From an uncultured Mariniphaga sp. (GTDB lineage Bacteria; Bacteroidota; Bacteroidia; Bacteroidales; Prolixibacteraceae), in assembly GCA_964408795.1 (NCBI GenBank), contig CAYPAW010000058.1, positions 7,018 through 71,017 of the forward strand: a stretch of 64,000 nucleotides of DNA. Reading direction: 5' to 3'. The translations under genes were made by a program, and so were the position numbers. How positions within the stretch are numbered: the stretch's first letter is position 1; the number at the start of each line of letters is the position of its first letter. Below are positions 48,028-57,280 of this stretch, piece after piece. The notes below the pieces were generated by a model. That model had not been told where the DNA came from. It was given only the letters and a program-made list of their open reading frames with translations, and made no database searches.

Positions 48028-48360
48028 ATGAAAACAGAAAAAACAAAAGCACAAATGAGAAAAGGGATCCTGGAATATTGCATCCTTCTTGTACTGAAAG
48101 AAAAACCTCAATATGCCATCACAATTCTGCAGGTATTAAAGGATTCAAAACTGATCATTGTGGAAGGAACTCTGTACCCCCTGCTTACCCGGTTAAAAAA
48201 CGAAGGGTTGCTGACCTATAAATGGGAAGAATCCACCCTGGGACCTCCTCGCAAGTATTACCAACTTACCAACAAAGGAGAGAATTTTCTGAAGGATCTG
48301 GAAGGCTCATGGAATGAATTGGTAAGTGCCGTACAATGGATTTACCAAAAGAGTGCATAA
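48028..48360 (+). CDS. PadR family transcriptional regulator
   Basis: RKGILEYCILLVLKEKPQYAITILQVL...GTLYPLLTRLKNEGLLTYKWEES..GPPRKYYQLT. Start is 48028 or 48055. Confidence 0.9.
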   Translation: MKTEKTKAQMRKGILEYCILLVLKEKPQYAITILQVLKDSKLIIVEGTLYPLLTRLKNEGLLTYKWEESTLGPPRKYYQLTNKGENFLKDLEGSWNELVSAVQWIYQKSA

Positions 48361-48468
48361 TTTAGGGAAAAAAAGAAAAATACAACGTGAACACCATGAA
48401 ACGAGCATCGTCCATATTGTTACCCAAGGCTATGATGCAAGCTATGCGGGTTCCATTGGCCCTGGGGT

Positions 48469-48530
48469 TTGAACATACATTGATTGCATTATATACTTGA
48501 TATACTAAATCTTAAATTTACTTTACACTC
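48469..48530 (+). repeat. Conserved upstream element, copy 1 (ends at the pspC-domain gene ATG)
   Basis: Ungapped alignment with 59650-59711 (extended through both ATGs): 51 of 65 positions identical and 43 of the first 50, with the same distance to the ATG. Confidence 0.8.
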
Positions 48531-49160
48531 ATGAAAAAGACCTATACCATAAACATCAGCGGAACGGTTTTTCATATTGAAGAAGATGCGTATGAAAAAC
48601 TCAATCTTTACCTGACCGGATTAAAACAGCATTTTGGCAACGATGCGGAAGGGGCTGAAATTGTTGCCGATATTGAAGCACGTATTGCCGAGATATTTCA
48701 GGCACACAAAACACCCGACAAAGAAGTGATCACCATGGAATGGGTGGATGAGGTAATTGAAACCATGGGAGTTCCGGAAGATTTTGAAGCCGAAGGAACA
48801 CCCGGGCCGCGAAATGCCGGGAAAACATCAAAAAGGCTCTACCGGGATCCCGATCATAAAACGATTGGAGGAGTATGCTCCGGACTGGCGGCCTATTTCA
48901 CGATGGATCCTGTCATCATGCGCCTGATATTTTTTGTGTTGCTCCTGCTCAACGGACTGGGATTGCTGATTTACATCATTCTCTGGATTGCTGTGCCTGA
49001 GGCCAGAACCACTGCTCAGCGTCTCGAAATGCGCGGAGAACCTGTCACCATAGAAAATATCGAAAAATGGATTAAAAAAGAATACCAGGATATCAAAAAA
49101 CGGGTGAAAAAGCCAAACCCCGGAAAAGAGGTCCGAAAAACAGTGCCCCCAAAAGAGTAA
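48531..49160 (+). CDS. PspC domain-containing membrane protein
   Basis: KTIGGVCSGLAAYFTMDPVIMRLIFFVLLLLNGLGLLIYIILWIAVPEA. Confidence 0.85.
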   Translation: MKKTYTINISGTVFHIEEDAYEKLNLYLTGLKQHFGNDAEGAEIVADIEARIAEIFQAHKTPDKEVITMEWVDEVIETMGVPEDFEAEGTPGPRNAGKTSKRLYRDPDHKTIGGVCSGLAAYFTMDPVIMRLIFFVLLLLNGLGLLIYIILWIAVPEARTTAQRLEMRGEPVTIENIEKWIKKEYQDIKKRVKKPNPGKEVRKTVPPKE

Positions 49161-49252
49161 AAGACCAAAACGAAACCGTAAGGATCCTTTGAGGATCTTT
49201 GAATGCTTCCCGGCAGGAGTATTTTCCGGACTGATGATCGCTGTAACGACCG

Positions 49253-50221
49253 TCAGGAAGGATTGTTCTCAGTTTTTACTATTCTTCGTATGCGGTAGGG
49301 GGTTTTGTGTTGCGATTCAAAATAGGTGCGCATTTGCAATTCAGCAAGAACCCCAATGGTTATAAACTGAATTCCACCCATTACCAGTAAGATTCCCAAA
49401 AGCAACAGGGGTTTCCCCCAGATATCGTGTCCGCTGATTTTAAGAATCAACAGATAAAGGTTGATCAACACCCCAATACCCAGGGTTATGATTCCCAGGC
49501 CCCCGAAAAAATGCATGGGTTGTTGAAGATATTTTTTAAAAAATAACATGAGCAGCAAATCACTCAATACGCGGGTTGTACGGTTCAGATTGTATTTTGA
49601 TTTTCCATATTTTCGTGGACGGTGATGAACATCTGTCTGCGTAATGCGGGTTGCACCTTCGAGGGTTACCAAAACCGGTATATACCGGTGCAGTTCTCCG
49701 TAAATGTGAATGCTTTTGATAATCTCCCGGGTAAAGATCTTCAGGGTACACCCCAGGTCTTTCATTTGAATTCCGGTGGATTTGCGGATCATATAATTGG
49801 CAATCTTGGAAGGTATTTTCCGGAGGAACATTCCATCTTTCCGGTTTGCCCTGACGCCGGCCACCATGTCCCAATCTTCTTTTTCCATCATCTCTAACAG
49901 GCGGGGTATGTCCGCCGGGTCATTTTGGAGATCTCCATCCAGAAGCACTACATATTCCCCTTCTGCCTGGTCGATCCCCGCCTGAAGAGCGGAACTCTGA
50001 CCGTAATTTCGTTTCAGTTCCACCATCACAAAGCGGCTGTCCCTGATTTCCAGTATCCGATCCCGGGTACCATCGGTTGACCCATCATCCACAAAAATGG
50101 TCTCAAAATCGTACCCGTCCAGGGCTTTCTTGATTTGTTCACTCAGGGGCAAAACATTGGGCTCCTCGTTGTATACACAAATGACCACGGATAGTTTCTT
50201 CCTGCATTCTTTTTTTTCCAT
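49253..50221 (-). CDS. GT2 polyprenyl-phosphate glycosyltransferase (ArnC/GtrB-like)
   Basis: LSVVICVYNEE...IFVDDGSTDGT, DGDLQNDP, and two C-terminal TM helices. Confidence 0.85.
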   Translation of the reverse strand: MEKKECRKKLSVVICVYNEEPNVLPLSEQIKKALDGYDFETIFVDDGSTDGTRDRILEIRDSRFVMVELKRNYGQSSALQAGIDQAEGEYVVLLDGDLQNDPADIPRLLEMMEKEDWDMVAGVRANRKDGMFLRKIPSKIANYMIRKSTGIQMKDLGCTLKIFTREIIKSIHIYGELHRYIPVLVTLEGATRITQTDVHHRPRKYGKSKYNLNRTTRVLSDLLLMLFFKKYLQQPMHFFGGLGIITLGIGVLINLYLLILKISGHDIWGKPLLLLGILLVMGGIQFITIGVLAELQMRTYFESQHKTPYRIRRIVKTENNPS

Positions 50222-50329
50222 TCCTGCCGGGGCTTCTGCCCTTTTTTTTATTATTTAGCGAAACGAATGTACTAAATCCTTCGTTAAGATGGTAATATTG
50301 TATTCAAAATCGCCTGAAGGGAAACAGAA

Positions 50330-51901
50330 ATGATCCACATACTGATTCAAAAAAAATATTTTCCCTGGTTGTTGTTTTTCTTTGCCTTTGGTTTGTTCTC
50401 ACTAAACAACGGAGGAATCAGCATCTATTTTCTGGACGAAGCCAAGAATGCAGAATGTGCGCGTGAGATGCTTGAAGAGGGGGATTTACTCAAACCCACT
50501 TTCAATTACACCCTGCGTCACGACAAACCCCCGTTGCACTATTTTTTCATGATGGGTTCCTATCTTTTATTTGGCATCAATGAATGGTCGGCCCGTTTTT
50601 TTTCCGCTCTTTTCGGAGCCTTAACCCTTTTCATTACGTTTCTTTACACCCGTAAATTCCTCAATGCCAGGGTAGCTTTCTATGCATGCCTCATTTTGTT
50701 ATCCTCCATACACCTGAATATTCAGTTTCACTTTGCCGTTCCCGATCCGTACTTTATTTTCTTCCTCTGCTGGAGTTTTTTTCTCTTTTATTCGGCACTT
50801 ACAACCGGTAAACAAAGAGATATTCTTCTGATGTATGTTTCCATCGGACTGGCTGTGTTAGCCAAGGGCCCGGCAGGTCTTCTGCTTCCCGGACTGGTCT
50901 TTCTGTTGTACCTGATCGTTACCCGGCAATTCACATGGACGCAGATAAAAAATCTCAGTCCGTTTACCGGCGCAGCCATTGTTTTGTTGATTGTTCTTCC
51001 ATGGTTTATCTTAAACGGAGTGGAAACAAACGGAGTATGGACAAAAGATTTTTTCCTGCGGCATAATTTATACCGCTTTACCAACGAAATGGAAGGTCAT
51101 GGAGGAATCTTTCTGGTTCCCTTCTTCTATGTTTTTGCCGGAATGCTTCCCTTCATTTTCTTTATCATTCCGGCCATTAAACCGATCTGGAAGGCCGGAA
51201 ATACATCCTGTCTGTTCTATTTCCTGATGGTTGCCTTATCCCTCATTGTTTTCTTTTCCTTATCCCAAACCAAACTCCCGAATTATACGGTCCCTGCCTA
51301 TCCTTTTCTGGCCATCGTCATTGCCTGGTATCTCACGGACGTTTCCAAGACCAGGAAGTCGATCATCCGGGCCTGGATGTGGATTCTTTTTGTGCTGATG
51401 GTATTGGTTCCTGTGGGGGGTTATTTTGCACTCAGAAGCGATCCGGTGCTTCGTTCAGCCGCTCCCTGGGCCTGGTGGCTTTCGGTGCTTCCTGCCGGAA
51501 GCCTGGGAGCCCTTATCCTGCAGACCAGAAAAAAAACAGAAGCATCCTTACGTACCCTTGGGTATACTTTTATCCTTGCTTCAGTGCTCTTTTTTCTCCT
51601 TGTCTTCCCGGCTGTCGATAAACACAATCCCGTTGCAAAAAGTTTGCCCGTGCTCAAAAACAAAGAGGTGGCCTATTACAAAAAATTCAATCCTTCCTAT
51701 TCCTTTTATCTGAAGAGAAAAATACCCGAACTGAACGAAGATGAAATCCCCTCTTTTTTTGAGAACAATCCCGGAGGGGTGCTGATATCAACCCAGAGGC
51801 ATATAGAGGAACTGCATCTTCCGGAAGAGTACACCATTCTTTTCTCCGGAAAAGACCTGTTTGAAAACCCGGTAACGGTTCTTGTATCCCAACAACCTTA
51901 A
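50330..51901 (+). CDS. ArnT/PMT_2-like (GT39/GT83) membrane glycosyltransferase
   Basis: About 12 TM helices; first-loop motif YFLDEAKNAECAREM...KPPLHYF. Confidence 0.8.
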   Translation: MIHILIQKKYFPWLLFFFAFGLFSLNNGGISIYFLDEAKNAECAREMLEEGDLLKPTFNYTLRHDKPPLHYFFMMGSYLLFGINEWSARFFSALFGALTLFITFLYTRKFLNARVAFYACLILLSSIHLNIQFHFAVPDPYFIFFLCWSFFLFYSALTTGKQRDILLMYVSIGLAVLAKGPAGLLLPGLVFLLYLIVTRQFTWTQIKNLSPFTGAAIVLLIVLPWFILNGVETNGVWTKDFFLRHNLYRFTNEMEGHGGIFLVPFFYVFAGMLPFIFFIIPAIKPIWKAGNTSCLFYFLMVALSLIVFFSLSQTKLPNYTVPAYPFLAIVIAWYLTDVSKTRKSIIRAWMWILFVLMVLVPVGGYFALRSDPVLRSAAPWAWWLSVLPAGSLGALILQTRKKTEASLRTLGYTFILASVLFFLLVFPAVDKHNPVAKSLPVLKNKEVAYYKKFNPSYSFYLKRKIPELNEDEIPSFFENNPGGVLISTQRHIEELHLPEEYTILFSGKDLFENPVTVLVSQQP

Positions 51902-52608
51902 CCGGTTTTTTTTCGAAAGAGCGAAAACACATTCCTTTCGGCAAATTTTCGTTCTTCCAGCGCATATTTTTTATCCAGCCACACGGTTGGAACAGTTACC
52001 AGAACCCCCAACAAGGCACCCACCCATATATCCACAAAAAAATGTTGCAGGAGGTAAATTCTTGACAACCCTCCCAGGAAGGAAATTACGAATAAAATCA
52101 ACCCGGCAGATTTCCGGTTTATCAGAAGAGTCAACATGGTACAAAAAGCAAATACAGCCATCGTATGCCCCGAAGGAAAAGAATAATAATAAGCCAGCGG
52201 CGCCTCATAGAGAAACCGGGGAAAATCATCGTAATGAAAATAATGGAGAGGACGGGATGACAGTTGAAAAAATACCTTTTTGAAAAGATTGGTCAGAATA
52301 GCAGCCCAGGTTAAATTCGCCATCGTTAGAAGCGACCAGCGAAATTTATAGAAAGCCAGCAACAAAGCAATCACGGCCAGAAAACTTCCATGACTGATTG
52401 TGGAAATGAAAAGGGAGGAATCATCCAGCCATTCGTTGGATACGCTGTTGAGAGCCATCACCATAGACCCCTTCGCAAAAATAAGCATTCCGGCTCCCCC
52501 CAGAACGAGGAATACAAAAAAAGGAACCACGAAAAAAAGGGTTGTCTTCCGGAAACATAAACCGAAGATCGAACGACGTATGTTTTTCCTGTTATTCAAT
52601 GCCATCAA
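51898..52608 (-). CDS. PAP2 family phosphatase (LpxE/LpxF-like candidate)
   Basis: Acid-phosphatase motifs FPSGHTMAVF and SRIYLLQHFFVD; 6 TM helices. Its 3' end overlaps the convergent ArnT-like gene by 4 nt. Confidence 0.8.
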   Translation of the reverse strand: MMALNNRKNIRRSIFGLCFRKTTLFFVVPFFVFLVLGGAGMLIFAKGSMVMALNSVSNEWLDDSSLFISTISHGSFLAVIALLLAFYKFRWSLLTMANLTWAAILTNLFKKVFFQLSSRPLHYFHYDDFPRFLYEAPLAYYYSFPSGHTMAVFAFCTMLTLLINRKSAGLILFVISFLGGLSRIYLLQHFFVDIWVGALLGVLVTVPTVWLDKKYALEERKFAERNVFSLFRKKTG

Positions 52609-53494
52609 AATACCAGATCACCGATAGTTTAACCGTATCGTATTCCCAATCGTGGATTCCATGGAGGTACTGAAGCCGCCAGGTATTTTTTCCAACCTCT
52701 TTTCGCAAGGCTGCATTAATAATCATAGGGCGGTCGCCATTATCCTTGTAGCCGTGGTATCCGGTTACCGATGCATTGAAATCCCAACTTTCACCGGCCA
52801 TTTCAAAACCTCCCCCGTATTGAAACGCGTCATTTTGCAGGTTAAGTTCATCGTTGGTTTGCCAACTGTAAAAACCGATCATCGCCTTGGGCCTAAAGAA
52901 GATTGTTTGCATCCATTCAAAATCCTTCGAAAATGTAAGATCCATGTAATAACCGGGGCTATCGGAAACCCTGGCTGCTGCATAGGCTCCCCCCGAAGGA
53001 GCCCTGCACGCCATCCGCACCAGGGTGTTGGGAAACTTCCTGTTCTTAACCAGTTGCACCAGGGTACTGAAATAAAAATCACCCGGGACAATGCCCTTGC
53101 CATCTTTATCGCGGGCAAAACGTTCATCCCGGATCTGTTCAGACATCTGATACTTCTCCACAATCGTCCCGTATAACTCAATGGCTATTTTGCTGTGGGC
53201 AAAGGGAATCAAACATCTTCCGGAAAGATTCTGTGTAGGATCCCCCGTTTTGAAATGAAAATCTGCACCCAACTCAAATTCACTTCTTTCAGGAATGATC
53301 CCGTTTTTTAATTCCGGTACGGGCAACGCATTGGGACCCAGATATTTCGGACTTATTATCAACCACATTCTCCAACCTGGCATTCCTTTTTCCCATCCAT
53401 GGGTTGTATTCCACCATTCCCAATCCTGTTCCTGGGGAAAAACAGCCAACGAAGAAAAAATCAGAAAAACCAAAAAAATAGGGTGTTTCTTCAT
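52592..53494 (-). CDS. Hypothetical outer-membrane protein (beta-barrel-like)
   Basis: Start at MKKHPIFLVFLIFSSLAVFPQ (ATG 53494); alternating aromatic/polar strands; C-terminus KLSVIWYF; overlaps the PAP2 gene start. Confidence 0.5.
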   Translation of the reverse strand: MKKHPIFLVFLIFSSLAVFPQEQDWEWWNTTHGWEKGMPGWRMWLIISPKYLGPNALPVPELKNGIIPERSEFELGADFHFKTGDPTQNLSGRCLIPFAHSKIAIELYGTIVEKYQMSEQIRDERFARDKDGKGIVPGDFYFSTLVQLVKNRKFPNTLVRMACRAPSGGAYAAARVSDSPGYYMDLTFSKDFEWMQTIFFRPKAMIGFYSWQTNDELNLQNDAFQYGGGFEMAGESWDFNASVTGYHGYKDNGDRPMIINAALRKEVGKNTWRLQYLHGIHDWEYDTVKLSVIWYFDGIE

Positions 53495-53532
53495 GGGTTT
53501 TGTTTTATTCACAGATCCTATCATCCAAAGAT

Positions 53533-53555
53533 AAAAAAACCCCGCTTGTGCGGGG
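53533..53555 (-). terminator. Rho-independent terminator after the C1 peptidase gene
   Basis: ccccgc (53540-45) pairs with gcgggg (53550-55), loop ttgt. On the minus strand seven T follow (complement of 53533-39). Confidence 0.75.
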
Positions 53556-53601
53556 CTTATTCTGACCCTGTACCCGGGATAATTTTTATGAATCCTGCGG
53601 A

Positions 53602-54789
53602 CTAAAGGGATAATTTTCGCCTGATAGGTTTTGGAATGCCATCCCGGTGCACCATAATACAGGTCGTTTTATACTTTACATAGGCTTTGGTTGCGTAAAA
53701 AAATCCGTCGAATTTATTGTATTCACCCCAGGAATTTTTAACCACATAATATACATTCCCCTCCGTGTCATGAGCTGTTCCAACGATATGCATTCCATGG
53801 TCGTCCGTGGTCTGGTAATTATCGAAAGCAGCCTGTCTCATTTCCTGGGTAATCGTTGCTTCCTGAAAGGTATCCGGAAGAGCAATCGTTTGAAAATCCT
53901 TTTTCACTTCTACATTCACCTCATTTTCCGCAACCTGTGCCAGTCCGGTCCGGCTCGACAGGAATCCTTTTTCGCTAATGTCGGATGCCCAGGCTACCGT
54001 GTAGCCGCTTGCCAGTGAATGGTCGATAATTTCTTCCATTTCATGCAAGGGGACATTGAATACTTCATCCCACGACCAGTTATCCGGAACTTCCAGAATA
54101 AACCGGGAATAAAACGGATGGTGTGTGAACGAAGTAATCTCAACATAATCATCCATATCGAGGCCAACATATTCACGGGCAAATTTTTGTGGAGTATATT
54201 CGGTTCCATCAAATTCAAAGGTCCCGGGCAGTTCCCCCAGGTAACTATCCAGAATGGCCTCAAATCCTTCATCCCAGGCAGTCGACAGGTTGCCGTTCCG
54301 GTTGGTTACTACCCCCTCCACGTAGCTTTTTAATACCCGGTCCATTTCTCCGTGCATATGCCTTTCTTCCCCATAATGGAGACCGTCGTAAACCGATTCC
54401 GGAACCATCCCGTAGGTGCGAATCATGTTGGTAACGTCATGAAAAGCACCTCCTCCCGAAAAATGGATGTTTCCATGCATCCGGACATACTTCCGGGCTT
54501 TCTCCGAATAGGTATGCCATACTACAAACATCTCGGAAAGATCCATGTCTTTCTTTCCCAGCCGCAACAATTCGGATTCAAAAAAGGAAAGAGCCGAAAA
54601 AGACCAGCACGTACTGGTACCTGCCTGATTCTTTACCGCGGTATTGGGTAATACATAAACCTCCTCAAGAAGAAGACTGGCCTCAGGTTCCCCTTTCGGA
54701 CCCTCCTTCGCAATGCTCACCTGGTAAAAAACAGAAAAAATGGTTAATGCAATAACAATCCGGTGTACCCTCTTCATATCTAGTATCAT
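53602..54789 (-). CDS. C1-family cysteine aminopeptidase (PepC/bleomycin-hydrolase-like), secreted
   Basis: Signal peptide; catalytic Cys context QAGTSTCWSFSALSF; His region DHGMHIVG; KNSWG. The start could be 54789 or 54777. Confidence 0.85.
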   Translation of the reverse strand: MILDMKRVHRIVIALTIFSVFYQVSIAKEGPKGEPEASLLLEEVYVLPNTAVKNQAGTSTCWSFSALSFFESELLRLGKKDMDLSEMFVVWHTYSEKARKYVRMHGNIHFSGGGAFHDVTNMIRTYGMVPESVYDGLHYGEERHMHGEMDRVLKSYVEGVVTNRNGNLSTAWDEGFEAILDSYLGELPGTFEFDGTEYTPQKFAREYVGLDMDDYVEITSFTHHPFYSRFILEVPDNWSWDEVFNVPLHEMEEIIDHSLASGYTVAWASDISEKGFLSSRTGLAQVAENEVNVEVKKDFQTIALPDTFQEATITQEMRQAAFDNYQTTDDHGMHIVGTAHDTEGNVYYVVKNSWGEYNKFDGFFYATKAYVKYKTTCIMVHRDGIPKPIRRKLSL

Positions 54790-54809
54790 TGTTCGTTTTT
54801 AATGGTTTT

Positions 54810-54827
54810 TCCCGATCTCCATCGGGA
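54810..54827. repeat. TCCCGAT-ctcc-ATCGGGA hairpin/palindrome
   Basis: Read directly; lies 21-38 nt upstream of the peptidase start codon (minus strand). Confidence 0.75.
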
Positions 54828-55306
54828 CAACTCCCATGAAAAGTATCATCTTACCTGTATGCAAACAGGTCTATTCATGGTCGTTATGCAAGCGAACTGA
54901 TTTAAATCTAACGAACTCAAATTCTACATCTTATCAAAATACGACGGAACTGCGATACGTTAGGAAACGATAAATCTCCTCAGCCCGCTATGAAAAATGT
55001 CCAAATATATAAAAATTCAGGAATATTTTTGATCGATCGTGATCACGGTGCAAATGCAAAAGTTTGTCGAAAATGATCTTTTTTCCCAGGAATCCATTAT
55101 TTTCGTTGCAAGACCGATCATCCCGGAAAAATTCAGGAATGAAAAGAGGAAGGGCCCTCCGGAAAAAGGTTCCGGAGGGATGGATGATAGCTAGACCAAA
55201 CCTGGAGAGGGCGGATTGTACAGCAAACCAATCCGGCCATAAAGAAAAGGAGGTTGTGATCTGTGCCGGACAATAGAAAGTGCCACAACGCAAAAAAAAA
55301 AGGGAA

Positions 55307-56479
55307 ATGACTGGAAATATGGATATTGTAATGCGGGATGAAGATTTTGTGCTGTATGAAAATGAAAAACCGCTGTTGACAGACAAAGGGCATGTAGTTT
55401 CCCATGCAAATGCCAGGCTTCTGCGGTTGGCTATAACCCATGAAATCAACCACCCCGGGGAGAAATTTTCTCCTTTGGTCCTTTTGAAAAAACTGAACGA
55501 TGCAGAACCCGGACCACTGTTCCGGGAGGATAGAATCAAAGCCATACTGGAAAACGATCTTCCATTTTCCATTCACAATAACACCCCCATCATCCTCCGG
55601 GAATTAATGGAATGTGCTCCTTTGCTTTCCGAATTTATTTTCCTGAATGCTTCAACCTTTGCATCGGCCTTCTCCGCATTTTTATCAACCCAGGAAAACC
55701 ATCCCTCAAAAGAGGAGGTTATTCAATCGGCCATTTTAAAGTTACCCATTGAACAGCAGGTTGTTCTGGATCTTCTCCTCACAGAAGAAAGCCCGGGATT
55801 TCTTCCCCATCTTTTGTTGCTCACGAACCATCTTTCCGTAACCGAATATGCTGCTTCGGTACTGATCCTCCGGGTGAAGAATAAAAATCCCGGGATCCGG
55901 GAATCCTTACCGTCGGCCGAAAGCTTCGCCTGGATGCAGCAATCCCTGATTCAGAAAGCCGTCATTGCCCTCGATTTTCTTACCCTCTGTAAAAACAGCC
56001 ACTCGGTGTCCGTCATTCAGGAAATAATCAATCAGGGCGAAAACAATCAGACAGAATTTAAAAGCACCCTGCGCTGGGACCTTCACCAGTCAAAAAAGAA
56101 TCCGGACATTGAATATGCCTCATTAAAGACCCTTTGTGCTTTTTTGAACAGCGACGGGGGAGATCTGCTCATTGGCGTTCGCGACGACGGATCCATCGAA
56201 GGAATCGAAACAGACCAGTTCATCAATACCGATAAGTTTTATCTCCACCTCTGGTCACTCATTAAATCAAGCCTCGGACAGGAAGTCGTCGAATGGATTA
56301 AAACGACCCATCAACAAATCAACCGTAAAACCGTATGCAGGGTACACTGTTTGAGGGCTTCCAGACCAGTATTCCTTAAACGGAAAGGAAACGACGAAGC
56401 TTTTTATGTACGAACCGGACCCGCCAGCAGTAACCTCGATATCCGGTCGGCATTAAAATATATTCAACAACATTTCTGA
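55307..56479 (+). CDS. AlbA_2 (Schlafen-type divergent AAA) domain protein with an uncharacterised ~260-aa N-terminal region
   Basis: C-terminal ENNQTEFKSTLRWDL...LKTLCAFLNSDGGDLLIGVRDDGSIEGIE pattern. Start is uncertain (GTG 55280, ATG 55307 or 55319). Confidence 0.65.
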   Translation: MTGNMDIVMRDEDFVLYENEKPLLTDKGHVVSHANARLLRLAITHEINHPGEKFSPLVLLKKLNDAEPGPLFREDRIKAILENDLPFSIHNNTPIILRELMECAPLLSEFIFLNASTFASAFSAFLSTQENHPSKEEVIQSAILKLPIEQQVVLDLLLTEESPGFLPHLLLLTNHLSVTEYAASVLILRVKNKNPGIRESLPSAESFAWMQQSLIQKAVIALDFLTLCKNSHSVSVIQEIINQGENNQTEFKSTLRWDLHQSKKNPDIEYASLKTLCAFLNSDGGDLLIGVRDDGSIEGIETDQFINTDKFYLHLWSLIKSSLGQEVVEWIKTTHQQINRKTVCRVHCLRASRPVFLKRKGNDEAFYVRTGPASSNLDIRSALKYIQQHF

Positions 56480-56592
56480 AATTCCTGTAAATTTGTAGAA
56501 AATCATCCCGTATGAAAGAAGTCCCCTCCCGAAGCATCGGATCACAGGGACAAAAACCAAAGGATACCAAAACAATAAATAGCAATTGTCGT

Positions 56593-57060
56593 ATGAAGAA
56601 AGTAATTATTGCCAGCCATGAGGAATTTGAAAAATATCTGGGCAAAGAGATTGGAGCCTCCGACTATTTGAAAATCACGCAGGAACAGATCAATAAATTT
56701 GCAGAGGCCACGCATGATTTTCAATGGATTCATACCGATCCGGAAAGAGCAAAAAAAGAATCCCCCTTTAAGAACACCATCGCACATGGATACTTAACCC
56801 TTTCCCTGCTGCCCTTTTTCTGGAACGAGATTGTGGAAGTACGCAACTATAAAATGCTGGTTAACTATGGAATCGATAAGCTGAAATTCAACCAGCCGGT
56901 GGTCGTAAACAGTGAAATCCGGGCCCGGGTATGGCTCAATGATATCAAAAACCTCCGGGGAATCACCCGGGCTCAGATGAAAATTGTTACCGAAATTAAA
57001 GGAAATACAAAACCGGCTTATGAAACTCTGGTTACCTTTTTATACCATTTCAATGCCTGA
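56593..57060 (+). CDS. MaoC family (hot-dog) dehydratase
   Basis: Start MKKVIIASHEEF (ATG 56593); FAEATHDFQWIHTDPERAKKESPFKNTIAHGYLTLSLL. Confidence 0.85.
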   Translation: MKKVIIASHEEFEKYLGKEIGASDYLKITQEQINKFAEATHDFQWIHTDPERAKKESPFKNTIAHGYLTLSLLPFFWNEIVEVRNYKMLVNYGIDKLKFNQPVVVNSEIRARVWLNDIKNLRGITRAQMKIVTEIKGNTKPAYETLVTFLYHFNA

Positions 57061-57280
57061 GAACAGTCAAACAACGAGCCTTTGAAAAAAGAAAGGACAA
57101 CATTATGCATCGGGTCGTTGGGCCTTTCCGAGAAAGCTATTGTTGTTTGCTTCAGGTTCTTTTTCAGCCTGTAAACGAATAAATTCGCTGACTTCTGTGT
57201 AAACACCCGAAAATTTTTATACCATTGCAGCCGGAATCTCTGAGGATACGTATTCCTCCCTAATATTATATGATGTGACC

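Noticed and set aside
54988-55572. 194-aa minus-strand ORF and 70-aa plus-strand ORF (55064-55276) in the gap before the AlbA_2 gene
   Set aside because: They overlap each other and the start of the AlbA_2 gene. Their compositions are Ser/Phe-rich or Arg/Lys-rich, with no motifs and no start-site context. I treat the region as non-coding but flag it in the findings.
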